NCBI GenBank assembly: GCA_032718475.1
Contig: JAUCBJ010007580.1
Coordinates: forward strand, 124,001 to 188,000
DNA length: 64,000 nucleotides
From: Nemertoderma westbladi
Lineage: Eukaryota; Animalia; Xenacoelomorpha
Reading direction: 5' to 3'
Below are positions 14,924-30,400 of the stretch, piece by piece; the first letter of the stretch is position 1, and each line of letters starts with the position of its first letter. Below the pieces are notes generated by a model. It worked only from the letters and a program-made list of their open reading frames with translations, searched no databases and was not told the origin of the DNA. The position numbers and the translations under genes were made by a program.

Positions 14924-17900
14924 AGAAAGAACACTGGATACACTGACACACACCTTTTTATAATTTATATAAAGAACCCTGGATACACTGACACACACCT
15001 TTTTAAGATTTATAGAAAGAACCCTGGATACACTGACCCACACCTTTTTATAATTTATAGAAAGAACCCTGGATACACTGACCCACACCTTTTTATAATT
15101 TATATAAAGAACCCTGGATACACTGACACACACCTTTTTAAGATTTATAGAAAGAACCCTGGATACACTGACCCACACCTTTTTATAATTTATAGAAAGA
15201 ACCCTGGATACACTGACCCACACCTTTTTATAATTTATATAAAGAACCCTGGATACACTGACACACACGTTTTTATAATTTATAGAAAGAACCCTGGATA
15301 CACTGACCCACACCTTTTTATAATTTATATAAAGAACCCTGGATACACTGACACACACCTTTTTATAATTTTTAGGAAGAACCCTGGATACACTGACACA
15401 CACCTTTTTAAGATTTATAGAAAGAACCCTGGATACACTGACACACACCTTTTTAAGATTTATAGAAAGAACCCTGGATACACTGACCCACACCTTTTTA
15501 TAATTTATAGAAAGAACCCTGGATACACTGACCCACACCTTTTTATAATTTATATAAAGAACCCTGGATACACTGACACACACCTTTTTAAGATTTATAG
15601 AAAGAACCCTGGATACACTGACCCACACCTTTTTATAATTTATAGAAAGAACCCTGGATACACTGACCCACACCTTTTTATAATTAAGGAACCCTGGATA
15701 CACTGACACACACCTTTTTATAATTTATAGAAAGAACCCTGGATACACTGACACACACCTTTTTAAGATTTATAGAAAGAACCCTGGATACACTGACCCA
15801 CACCTTTTTATAATTTATAGAAAGAACCCTGGATACACTGACCCACACCTTTTTATAATTTATATAAAGAACCCTGGATACACTGACACACACCTTTTTA
15901 TAATTTATATAAAGAACCCTGGATACACTGACCCACACCTTTTTAAGATTTATAGAAAGAACCCTGGATACACTGACCCACACCTTTATATAATTTATAG
16001 AAAGAACCCTGGATACACTGACCCACACCTTTTTATAATTTATATAAAGAACCCTGGATACACTGACACACACCTTTTTATAATTTATAGAAAGAACCCT
16101 GGATACACTGACCCACACCTTTTTATAATTTATATAAAGAACCCTGGATACACTGACCCACGCCTTTTTATAATTTATAGAAAGAACCCTGGATACACTG
16201 ACCCACACCTTTTTATAATTTATATAAAGAACCCTGGATACACTGACACACACCTTTTTATAATTTATAGAAAGAACCCTGGATACACTGACACACACCT
16301 TTTTATAATTTATAGAAAGAACCCTGGATACACTGACCCACACCTTTTTATAATTTATATAAAGAACCCTGGATACACTGACCCACGCCTTTTTATAATT
16401 TATAGAAAGAACCCTGGATACACTGACCCACACCTTTTTATAATTTATATAAAGAACCCTGGATACACTGACACACACCTTTTTATAATTTATAGAAAGA
16501 ACCCTGGATACACTGACCCACACCTTTTTAAGATTTATATAAAGAACCCTGGATACACTGACACACACCTTTTTAAGATTTATAGAAAGAACCCTGGATA
16601 CACTGACCCACACCTTTTTATAATTTATAGAAAGAACCCTGGATACACTGACCCACACCTTTTTATAATTTATATAAAAAACCCTGGATACACTGACACA
16701 CACCTTTTTATAATTTATAGAAAGAACCCTGGATACACTGACCCACACCTTTTTAAGATTTATAGAAAGAACCCTGGATACACTGACCCACACCTTTTTA
16801 TAATTTATAGAAAGAACCCTGGATACACTGACCCACACCTTTTTATAATTTATAGAAAGAACCCTGGATACACTGACCCACACCTTTTTATAATTTATAT
16901 AAAGAACCCTGGATACACTGACACACACCTTTTTATAATTTATAGGAAGAACCCTGGATACACTGACACACACCTTTTTAAGATTTATAGAAAGAACCCT
17001 GGATACACTGACCCACACCTTTTTATAATTTATAGAAAGAACCCTGGATACACTGACCCACACCTTTTTATAATTTATATAAAGAACCCTGGATACACTG
17101 ACCCACACCTTTTTATAATTTATAGAAAGAACCCTGGATACACTGACCCACACCTTTTTATAATTTATATAAAGAACCCTGGATACACTGACCCACACCT
17201 TTTTATAATTTATATAAAGAACCCTGGATACACTGACCCACGCCTTTTTATAATTTATAGAAAGAACCCTGGATACACTGACCCACACCTTTTTATAATT
17301 TATATAAAGAACCCTGGATACACTGACACACACCTTTTTATAATTTATAGAAAGAACCCTGGATACACTGACCCACACCTTTTTATAATTTATATAAAGA
17401 ACCCTGGATACACTGACACACACCTTTTTAAGATTTATAGAAAGAACCCTGGATACACTGACCCACACCTTTTTATAATTTATAGTAAGAACCCTGGATA
17501 CACTGACCCACACCTTTTTATAATTTATAGAAAGAACCCTGGATACACTGACACACACCTTTTTAAGATTTATAGAAAGAACCCTGGATACACTGACCCA
17601 CACCTTTTTATAATTTATATAAAGAACCCTGGATACACTGACCCACGCCTTTTTATAATTTATAGAAAGAACCCTGGATACACTGACCCACACCTTTTTA
17701 TAATTTATAGAAAGAACCCTGGATACACTGACACACACCTTTTTAAGATTTATAGAAAGAACCCTGGATACACTGACCCACACCTTTTTATAATTTATAT
17801 AAAGAACCCTGGATACACTGACACACACCTTTTTATAATTTATAGAAAGAACCATGGATACACTGACACATACCTTTTTATAATTTATATAAAGAACCCT

Positions 17901-19208
17901 GGATACACTGACACACACCTTTTTATAATTTATAGTAAGAACCCTGGATACACTGACCCACACCTTTTTATAATTTATATAAAGAACCTTGGATACACTG
18001 ACACACACCTTTTTAAGATTTATAGAAAGAACCCTGGATACACTGACACACACCTTTTTATAATTTATATAAAGAACCCTGGATACACTGACACACACCT
18101 TTTTAAGATTTATAGAAAGAACCCTGGATACACTGACCCACACCTTTTTATAATTTATATAAAGAACCCTGGATACACTGACACACACCTTTTTATAATT
18201 TATAGAAAGAACCATGGATACACCGACACACACCTTTTTATAATTTATAGAAAGAACCATGGATACACTGACACACACCTTTTTATAATTTATAGAAAGA
18301 ACCCTGGATACACTGACACACACCTTTTTATAATTTATAGAAAGAACCATGGATACACTGACACACACCTTTTTATAATTTATATAAAGAACCCTGGATA
18401 CTCTGACCCACACCTTTTTATAATTTATAGAAAGAACCCTGGATACACTGACACACACATTTTTAAGATTTATAGAAAGAACCCTGGATACACTGACCCA
18501 CACCTTTTTATAATTTATATAAAGAACCCTGGATACACTGACACACACCTTTTTATAATTTATATAAAGAACCCTGGATACACTAACCCACATACCTTTT
18601 TATAATTTATATAAAGAACCCTGGATACACTGACCCACACCTTTTTATAATTTATATAAAGAACCCTGGATACACTGACACACACCTTTTTATAATTTAT
18701 AGAAAGAACCCTGGATACACTGACACACACCTTTTTAAGATTTAAAGAAAGAACCCTGGATACACTGACCCACACCTTTTTATAATTTATATAAAGAACC
18801 CTGGATACACTGACACACACCTTTTTATAATTTATATAAAGAACCCTGGATACACTGACACACACCTTTTTAAGATTTATAGAAAGAACCCTGGATACAC
18901 TGACCCACACCTTTTTATAATTTATATAAAGAACCCTGGATACACTGAGACACACCTTTTTATAATTTATAGAAAGAACCATGGATACACTGACCCACAC
19001 CTTTTTATAATTTATAGTAAGAACCCTGGATACACTGACCCACACCTTTTTATAATTTATATAAAGAACCCTGGATACACTGACACACACCTTTTTAAGA
19101 TTTATAGAAAGAACCCTGGATACACTGACCCACACCTTTTTATAATTTATAGAAAGAACCCTGGATACACTGACACACACCTTTTTAAGATTTATAGAAA
19201 GAACCCTG

Positions 19209-19645
19209 CGCCACCCAGTTGGGTAGCACCCACCATTCCCATTGAGGCTGTGCCATAGGTCAGGACCGACCCTTCACCTTACTGCTGTTTTATGTACATC
19301 ATAGCCTACCGGTTGTTGTGTCTGTGTCTTCCATATTACCGCAGTACCGCGTTTGTGCTGCATACCTATCTGTCCCATTATACTGTTATACAGTTATATG
19401 AGTTGTGATACATATACGTTTGCCTTTGTTGCTGTTCATACACCAGCTTCTTCTTTACCTTGGCGTGGTGGCAGCTTGTGTTCGATCTCCACTGCCTTGA
19501 TTACCTAATTTACTTATTCTGTTATTCCAGTATTTGTATTCTACAACTCTACCATTCTGCCATTACCGACACAGTTACTTCTAGCCACTAGGCCTATAGC
19601 AAATAGGCCTAGACGACGTTCCCAATCTGCTACACTACTTTCACC
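19209..19645. mobile_element. 437-bp insertion (copy 2), duplicated together with its satellite flanks
   Basis: Same sequence, same junctions and same mismatched TSD as copy 1, offset by 4722 bp. Confidence 0.75.
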
Positions 19646-22600
19646 AGAAAGAACACTGGATACACTGACACACACCTTTTTATAATTTATATAAAGAACC
19701 CTGGATACACTGACACACACCTTTTTAAGATTTATAGAAAGAACCCTGGATACACTGACCCACACCTTTTTATAATTTATAGAAAGAACCCTGGATACAC
19801 TGACCCACACCTTTTTATAATTTATATAAAGAACCCTGGATACACTGACACACACCTTTTTAAGATTTATAGAAAGAACCCTGGATACACTGACCCACAC
19901 CTTTTTATAATTTATAGAAAGAACCCTGGATACACTGACCCACACCTTTTTATAATTTATATAAAGAACCCTGGATACACTGACACACACGTTTTTATAA
20001 TTTATAGAAAGAACCCTGGATACACTGACCCACACCTTTTTATAATTTATATAAAGAACCCTGGATACACTGACACACACCTTTTTATAATTTTTAGGAA
20101 GAACCCTGGATACACTGACACACACCTTTTTAAGATTTATAGAAAGAACCCTGGATACACTGACACACACCTTTTTAAGATTTATAGAAAGAACCCTGGA
20201 TACACTGACCCACACCTTTTTATAATTTATAGAAAGAACCCTGGATACACTGACCCACACCTTTTTATAATTTATATAAAGAACCCTGGATACACTGACA
20301 CACACCTTTTTAAGATTTATAGAAAGAACCCTGGATACACTGACCCACACCTTTTTATAATTTATAGAAAGAACCCTGGATACACTGACCCACACCTTTT
20401 TATAATTAAGGAACCCTGGATACACTGACACACACCTTTTTATAATTTATAGAAAGAACCCTGGATACACTGACACACACCTTTTTAAGATTTATAGAAA
20501 GAACCCTGGATACACTGACCCACACCTTTTTATAATTTATAGAAAGAACCCTGGATACACTGACCCACACCTTTTTATAATTTATATAAAGAACCCTGGA
20601 TACACTGACACACACCTTTTTATAATTTATATAAAGAACCCTGGATACACTGACCCACACCTTTTTAAGATTTATAGAAAGAACCCTGGATACACTGACC
20701 CACACCTTTATATAATTTATAGAAAGAACCCTGGATACACTGACCCACACCTTTTTATAATTTATATAAAGAACCCTGGATACACTGACACACACCTTTT
20801 TATAATTTATAGAAAGAACCCTGGATACACTGACCCACACCTTTTTATAATTTATATAAAGAACCCTGGATACACTGACCCACGCCTTTTTATAATTTAT
20901 AGAAAGAACCCTGGATACACTGACCCACACCTTTTTATAATTTATATAAAGAACCCTGGATACACTGACACACACCTTTTTATAATTTATAGAAAGAACC
21001 CTGGATACACTGACACACACCTTTTTATAATTTATAGAAAGAACCCTGGATACACTGACCCACACCTTTTTATAATTTATATAAAGAACCCTGGATACAC
21101 TGACCCACGCCTTTTTATAATTTATAGAAAGAACCCTGGATACACTGACCCACACCTTTTTATAATTTATATAAAGAACCCTGGATACACTGACACACAC
21201 CTTTTTATAATTTATAGAAAGAACCCTGGATACACTGACCCACACCTTTTTAAGATTTATATAAAGAACCCTGGATACACTGACACACACCTTTTTAAGA
21301 TTTATAGAAAGAACCCTGGATACACTGACCCACACCTTTTTATAATTTATAGAAAGAACCCTGGATACACTGACCCACACCTTTTTATAATTTATATAAA
21401 AAACCCTGGATACACTGACACACACCTTTTTATAATTTATAGAAAGAACCCTGGATACACTGACCCACACCTTTTTAAGATTTATAGAAAGAACCCTGGA
21501 TACACTGACCCACACCTTTTTATAATTTATAGAAAGAACCCTGGATACACTGACCCACACCTTTTTATAATTTATATAAAGAACCCTGGATACACTGACA
21601 CACACCTTTTTATAATTTATAGAAAGAACCCTGGATACACTGACACACACCTTTTTAAGATTTATAGAAAGAACCCTGGATACACTGACCCACACCTTTT
21701 TATAATTTATAGAAAGAACCCTGGATACACTGACCCACACCTTTTTATAATTTATATAAAGAACCCTGGATACACTGACACACACCTTTTTATAATTTAT
21801 AGGAAGAACCCTGGATACACTGACACACACCTTTTTAAGATTTATAGAAAGAACCCTGGATACACTGACCCACACCTTTTTATAATTTATAGAAAGAACC
21901 CTGGATACACTGACCCACACCTTTTTATAATTTATATAAAGAACCCTGGATACACTGACACACACCTTTTTAAGATTTATAGAAAGAACCCTGGATACAC
22001 TGACCCACACCTTTTTATAATTTATAGAAAGAACCCTGGATACACTGACCCACACCTTTTTATAATTTATATAAAGAACCCTGGATACACTGACACACAC
22101 CTTTTTATAATTTTTAGAAAGAACCCTGGATACACTGACCCACACCTTTTTAAGATTTATAGAAAGAACCCTGGATACACTGACCCACACCTTTTTATAA
22201 TTTATAGAAAGAACCCTGGATACACTGACCCACACCTTTTTATAATTTATATAAAGAACCCTGGATACACTGACACACACCTTTTTATAATTTATAGAAA
22301 AAACTCTGGATACACTGACACACACCTTTTTAAGATTTATAGAAAGAACCCTGGATACACTGACCCACACCTTTTTATAATTTATAGAAAGAACCCTGGA
22401 TATACTGACCCACACCTTTTTATAATTTATATAAAGAACCCTGGATACACTGACACACACCTTTTTATAATTTATAGAAAGAACCCTGGATACACTGACC
22501 CACACCTTTTTAAGATTTATAGAAAGAACCCTGGATACACTGACCCACACCTTTTTATAATTTATAGAAAGAACCCTGGATACACTGACCCACACCTTTT

Positions 22601-24410
22601 TATAATTTATATAAAGAACCCTGGATACACTGACACACACCTTTTTATAATTTATATAAAGAACCCTGGATACACTGACACACACCTTTTTAAGATTTAT
22701 AGAAAGAACCCTGGATACACTGACCCACACCTTTTTATAATTTATAGAAAGAACCCTGGATACACTGACCCACACCTTTTTATAATTTATATAAAGAACC
22801 CTGGATACACTGACACACACCTTTTTATAATTTATAGAAAGAACCCTGGATACACTGACCCACACCTTTTTATAATTTATATAAAGAACCCTGGATACAC
22901 TGACCCACGCCTTTTTATAATTTATAGAAAGAACCCTGGATACACTGACCCACACCTTTTTATAATTTATATAAAGAACCCTGGATACACTGACACACAC
23001 CTTTTTATAATTTATAGAAAGAACCCTGGATACACTGACCCACACCTTTTTATAATTTATATAAAGAACCCTGGATACACTGACACACACCTTTTTAAGA
23101 TTTATAGAAAGAACCCTGGATACACTGACCCACACCTTTTTATAATTTATAGTAAGAACCCTGGATACACTGACCCACACCTTTTTATAATTTATAGAAA
23201 GAACCCTGGATACACTGACACACACCTTTTTAAGATTTATAGAAAGAACCCTGGATACACTGACCCACACCTTTTTATAATTTATATAAAGAACCCTGGA
23301 TACACTGACCCACGCCTTTTTATAATTTATAGAAAGAACCCTGGATACACTGACCCACACCTTTTTATAATTTATAGAAAGAACCCTGGATACACTGACA
23401 CACACCTTTTTAAGATTTATAGAAAGAACCCTGGATACACTGACCCACACCTTTTTATAATTTATATAAAGAACCCTGGATACACTGACACACACCTTTT
23501 TATAATTTATAGAAAGAACCATGGATACACTGACACACACCTTTTTATAATTTATATAAAGAACCCTGGATACACTGACACACACCTTTTTATAATTTAT
23601 AGTAAGAACCCTGGATACACTGACCCACACCTTTTTATAATTTATATAAAGAACCCTGGATACACTGACACACACCTTTTTAAGATTTATAGAAAGAACC
23701 CTGGATACACTGACACACACCTTTTTATAATTTATATAAAGAACCCTGGATACACTGACACACACCTTTTTAAGATTTATAGAAAGAACTCTGGATACAC
23801 TGACCCACACCTTTTTATAATTTATATAAAGAACCCTGGATACACTGACACACACCTTTTTATAATTTATAGAAAGAACCATGGATACACTGACACACAC
23901 CTTTTTATAATTTATAGAAAGAACCCTGGATACACTGACACACACCTTTTTATAATTTATAGAAAGAACCATGGATACACTGACACACACCTTTTTATAA
24001 TTTATATAAAGAACCCTGGATACTCTGACCCACACCTTTTTATAATTTATAGAAAGAACCCTGGATACACTGACACACACCTTTTTAAGATTTATAGAAA
24101 GAACCCTGGATACACTGACCCACACCTTTTTATAATTTATATAAAGAACCCTGGATACACTGACACACACCTTTTTATAATTTATATAAAGAACCCTGGA
24201 TACACTAACCCACATACCTTTTTATAATTTATATAAAGAACCCTGGATACACTGACCCACACCTTTTTATAATTTATATAAAGAACCCTGGATACACTGA
24301 CCCACACCTTTTTATAATTTATATAAAGAACCCTGGATACACTGACCCACATACCTTTTTATAATTTATATAAAGAACCCTGGATACACTGACCCACACC
24401 TTTTTATAAT

Positions 24411-27400
24411 TTAGGGAAAGGACAACGAATACACTGACCCACACCTTTTTATAATTTATAGAAAGGACAACGAATACACTGACACACACCTTTTTATAAT
24501 TTAGGGAAAGGACAACAAATACACTGACCCACACCTTTTTATAATTTATAGAAAGAACCCTGGATACACTGACCCACACCTTTTTATAATTTATATAAAG
24601 AACCCTGGATACACTGACCCACACCTTTTTATAATTTATATAAAGAACCCTGGATACACTGACCCACACCTTTTTATAATTTATATAAAGAACCCTGGAT
24701 ACACTGACCCACATACCTTTTTATAATTTATATAAAGAACCCTGGATACACTGACCCACACCTTTTTATAATTTAGGGAAAGGACAACGAATACACTGAC
24801 CCACACCTTTTTATAATTTATAGAAAGGACAACGAATACACTGACACACACCTTTTTATAATTTAGGGAAAGGACAACAAATACACTGACCCACACCTTT
24901 TTATAATTTATAGAAAGGACAACGAATACACTGACACACACCTTTTTATAATTTAGGGAAAGGACAACAAATACACTGACCCACACCTTTTTATAATTTA
25001 TAGAAAGGACAACGAATACACTGACCCACACCTTTTTATAATTTATAGAAAGGACAACGAATACACTGACACACACCTTTTTATAATTTATAGAAAGGAC
25101 AACGAATACACTGACACACACCTTTTTATAATTTATAGAAAGGACAACGAATACACTGACACACACCTTTTTATAATTTATAGAAAGGACAACGAATACA
25201 CTGACACACACCTTTTTATAATTTATAGAAAGGACAACGAATACACTGACCCACACCTTTTTATAATTTATATAAAGAACCCTGGATACACTGACCCACA
25301 CCTTTTTATAATTTATAGAAAGAACCCTGGATACACTGACCCACACCTTTTTATACTTTATATAAAGAACCCTGGATACACTGACACACACCTTTTTATA
25401 ATTTAGGGAAAGGACAACGAATACACTGACCCACACCTTTTTATAATTTATAGAAAGAACCCTGGATACACTGACCCACACCTTTTTATACTTTATATAA
25501 AGAACCCTGGATACACTGACACACACCTTTTTATAATTTAGGGAAAGGACAACGAATACACTGACCCACACCTTTTTATAATTTATAGAAAGAACCCTGG
25601 ATACACTGACCCACACCTTTTTATAATTTATATAAAGAACCCTGGATACACTGACACACACCTTTTTATAATTTATATAAAGAACCCTGGATACACTGAC
25701 ACACACCTTTTTATTATTTATAGAAAGGACAACGAATACACTGACACACACCTTTTTATAATTTATAGAAAGAACCCTGGATACACTGACCCACACCTTT
25801 TTATACTTTATATAAAGAACCCTGGATACACTGACACACACCTTTTTATAATTTATAGAAAGAACCCTGGATACACTGACCCACACCTTTTTATACTTTA
25901 TATAAAGAACCCTGGATACACTGACACACACCTTTTTATAATTTAGGGAAAGGACAACGAATACACTGACCCACACCTTTTTATAATTTATAGAAAGAAC
26001 CCTGGATACACTGACCCACACCTTTTTATAATTTATAGAAAGAACCCTGGATACACTGACCCACACCTTTTTATAATTTATAGAAAGAACCCTGGATACA
26101 CTGACCCACACCTTTTTATACTTTATATAAAGAACCCTGGATACACTGACACACACCTTTTTATAATTTATAGAAAGAACCCTGGATACACTGACCCACA
26201 CCTTTTTATAATTTATAGAAAGAACCCTGGATACACTGACCCACACCTTTTTATACTTTATATAAAGAACCCTGGATACACTGACACACACCTTTTTATA
26301 ATTTAGGGAAAGGACAACGAATACACTGACCCACACCTTTTTATAATTTATAGAAAGGACAACGAATACACTGACCCACACCTTTTTATAATTTAGGGAA
26401 AGGACAACGAATACACTGACACACACCTTTTTATAATTTAGGGAAAGGACAACAAATACACTGACCCACACCTTTTTATAATTTAGGGAAAGGACAACGA
26501 ATACACTGACCCACACCTTTTTATAATTTAGGGAAAGGACAACGAATACACTGACCCACACCTTTTTATAATTTATAGAAAGGACAACGAATACACTGAC
26601 CCACACCTTTTTATAATTTAGGGAAAGGACAACGAATACACTGACACACACCTTTTTATAATTTATAGAAAGAACCCTGGATACACTGACCCACACCTTT
26701 TTATACTTTATATAAAGAACCCTGGATACACTGACACACACCTTTTTATAATTTAGGGAAAGGACAACGAATACACTGACCCACACCTTTTTATAATTTA
26801 TAGAAAGGACAACGAATACACTGACCCACACCTTTTTATAATTTATAGAAAGGACAACGAATACACTGACACACACCTTTTTATAATTTAGGGAAAGAAC
26901 CCTGGATACACTGACCCACACCTTTTTATAATTTATAGAAAGAACCCTGGATACACTGACCCACACCTTTTTATACTTTATATAAAGAACCCTGGATACA
27001 CTGACACACACCTTTTTATAATTTAGGGAAAGGACAACGAATACACTGACCCACACCTTTTTATAATTTATAGAAAGGACAACGAATACACTGACACACA
27101 CCTTTTTATAATTTAGGGAAAGGACAACAAATACACTGACCCACACCTTTTTATAATTTAGGGAAAGGACAACGAATACACTGACACACACCTTTTTATA
27201 ATTTATAGAAAGAACCCTGGATACACTGACCCACACCTTTTTATACTTTATATAAAGAACCCTGGATACACTGACACACACCTTTTTATAATTTATAGAA
27301 AGGACAACGAATACACTGACACACACCTTTTTATAATTTAGGGAAAGGACAACAAATACACTGACCCACACCTTTTTATAATTTAGGGAAAGGACAACGA

Positions 27401-30400
27401 ATACACTGACCCACACCTTTTTATAATTTATAGAAAGAACCCTGGATACACTGACCCACACCTTTTTATACTTTATATAAAGAACCCTGGATACACTGAC
27501 CCACACCTTTTTATAATTTATAGAAAGAACCCTGGATACACTGACCCACACCTTTTTATAATTTATAGAAAGAACCCTGGATACACTGACCCACACCTTT
27601 TTATACTTTATATAAAGAACCCTGGATACACTGACACACACCTTTTTATAATTTATAGAAAGAACCCTGGATACACTGACCCACACCTTTTTATAATTTA
27701 TAGAAAGAACCCTGGATACACTGACCCACACCTTTTTATACTTTATATAAAGAACCCTGGATACACTGACACACACCTTTTTATAATTTAGGGAAAGGAC
27801 AACGAATACACTGACCCACACCTTTTTATAATTTATAGAAAGGACAACGAATACACTGACCCACACCTTTTTATAATTTATAGAAAGGACAACGAATACA
27901 CTGACACACACCTTTTTATAATTTAGGGAAAGGACAACAAATACACTGACCCACACCTTTTTATAATTTAGGGAAAGGACAACGAATACACTGACCCACA
28001 CCTTTTTATAATTTATAGAAAGAACCCTGGATACACTGACACACACCTTTTTATAATTTATATAAAGAACCCTGGATACACTGACACACACCTTTTTATA
28101 ATTTATATAAAGAACCCTGGATACACTGACACACACCTTTTTATAATTTATATAAAGAACCCTGGATACACTGACACACACCTTTTTATAATTTATATAA
28201 AGAACCCTGGATACACTAACCCACATACCTTTTTATAATTTATATAAAGAACCCTGGATACACTGACACACACCTTTTTATAATTTATATAAAGAACCCT
28301 GGATACACTGACACACACCTTTTTATTATTTATAGAAAGAACCCTGGATACACTGACCCACACCTTTTTATAATTTAGGGAAAGGACAACGAATACACTG
28401 ACCCACACCTTTTTATAATTTATAGAAAGGACAACGAATACACTGACACACACCTTTTTATAATTTAGGGAAAGGACAACTAATACACTGACCCACACCT
28501 TTTTATAATTTATAGAAAGGACAACGAATACACTGACACACACCTTTTTATAATTTAGGGAAAGGACAACGAATACACTGACCCACACCTTTTTATAATT
28601 TATAGAAAGAACCCTGGATACACTGACCCACACCTTTTTATAATTTATAGAAAGAACCATGGATACACTGACCCACACCTTTTTATACTTTATATAAAGA
28701 ACCCTGGATACACTGACACACACCTTTTTATAATTTATATAAAGAACCCTGGATACACTGACACACACCTTTTTATAATTTATATAAAGAACCCTGGATA
28801 CACTGACACACACCTTTTTATTATTTATAGAAAGGACAACGAATACACTGACACACACCTTTTTATAATTTATAGAAAGAACCCTGGATAAACTGACCCA
28901 CACCTTTTTATAATTTAGGGAAAGGACAACGAATACACTGACCCACACCTTTTTATAATTTATAGAAAGAACCCTGGATACACTGACCCACACCTTTTTA
29001 TAATTTATAGAAAGAACCCTGGATACACTGAACCACACCTTTTTATAATTTATAGAAAGAACCCTGGATACACTGACCCACACCTTTTTATACTTTATAT
29101 AAAGAACCCTGGATACACTGACACACACCTTTTTATAATTTAGGGAAAGGACAACGAATACACTGACCCACACCTTTTTATAATTTATAGAAAGAACCCT
29201 GGATACACTGAACCACACCTTTTTATAATTTATAGAAAGAACCCTGGATACACTGACCCACACCTTTTTATAATTTATAGAAAGAACCCTGGATACACTG
29301 ACCCACACCTTTTTATACTTTATATAAAGAACCCTGGATACACTGACACACACCTTTTTATAATTTAGGGAAAGGACAACGAATACACTGACCCACACCT
29401 TTTTATAATTTATAGAAAGAACCCTGGATACACTGACCCACACCTTTTTATAATTTATAGAAAGAACCCTGGATACACTGACACACACCTTTTTATAATT
29501 TAGGGAAAGGACAACAAATACACTGACCCACACCTTTTTATAATTTATAGAAAGAACCCTGGATACACTGACCCACACCTTTTTATAATTTATAGAAAGA
29601 ACCCTGGATACACTGACCCACACCTTTTTATACTTTATATAAAGAACCCTGGATACACTGACACACACCTTTTTATAATTTAGGGAAAGGACAACGAATA
29701 CACTGACCCACACCTTTTTATAATTTATATAAAGAACCCTGGATACACTGACACACACCTTTTTATAATTTAGGGAAAGGACAACGAATACACTGACCCA
29801 CACCTTTTTATAATTTATATAAAGAACCCTGGATACACTGACACACACCTTTTTATAATTTAGGGAAAGGACAACGAATACACTGACCCACACCTTTTTA
29901 TAATTTATAGAAAGAACCCTGGATACACTGACCCACACCTTTTTATAATTTATAGAAAGAACCCTGGATACACTGACACACACCTTTTTATAATTTAGGG
30001 AAAGGACAACAAATACACTGACCCACACCTTTTTATAATTTATAGAAAGAACCCTGGATACACTGACACACACCTTTTTATAATTTAGGGAAAGGACAAC
30101 AAATACACTGACCCACACCTTTTTATAATTTATAGAAAGAACCCTGGATACACTGACCCACACCTTTTTATAATTTATAGAAAGAACCCTGGATACACTG
30201 ACCCACACCTTTTTATAATTTATAGAAAGAACCCTGGATACACTGACCCACACCTTTTTATACTTTATATAAAGAACCCTGGATACACTGACACACACCT
30301 TTTTATAATTTAGGGAAAGGACAACGAATACACTGACCCACACCTTTTTATAATTTATATAAAGAACCCTGGATACACTGACACACACCTTTTTATAATT

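Larger units (their letters stand above)
13838..20431. repeat. 4722-bp offset block duplication within the satellite, including the foreign insert
   Basis: Rare markers, the insert (14487 vs 19209) and ORF-track boundaries (13838/18560, 14819/19541, 15684/20406) all recur at +4722. Confidence 0.9.
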
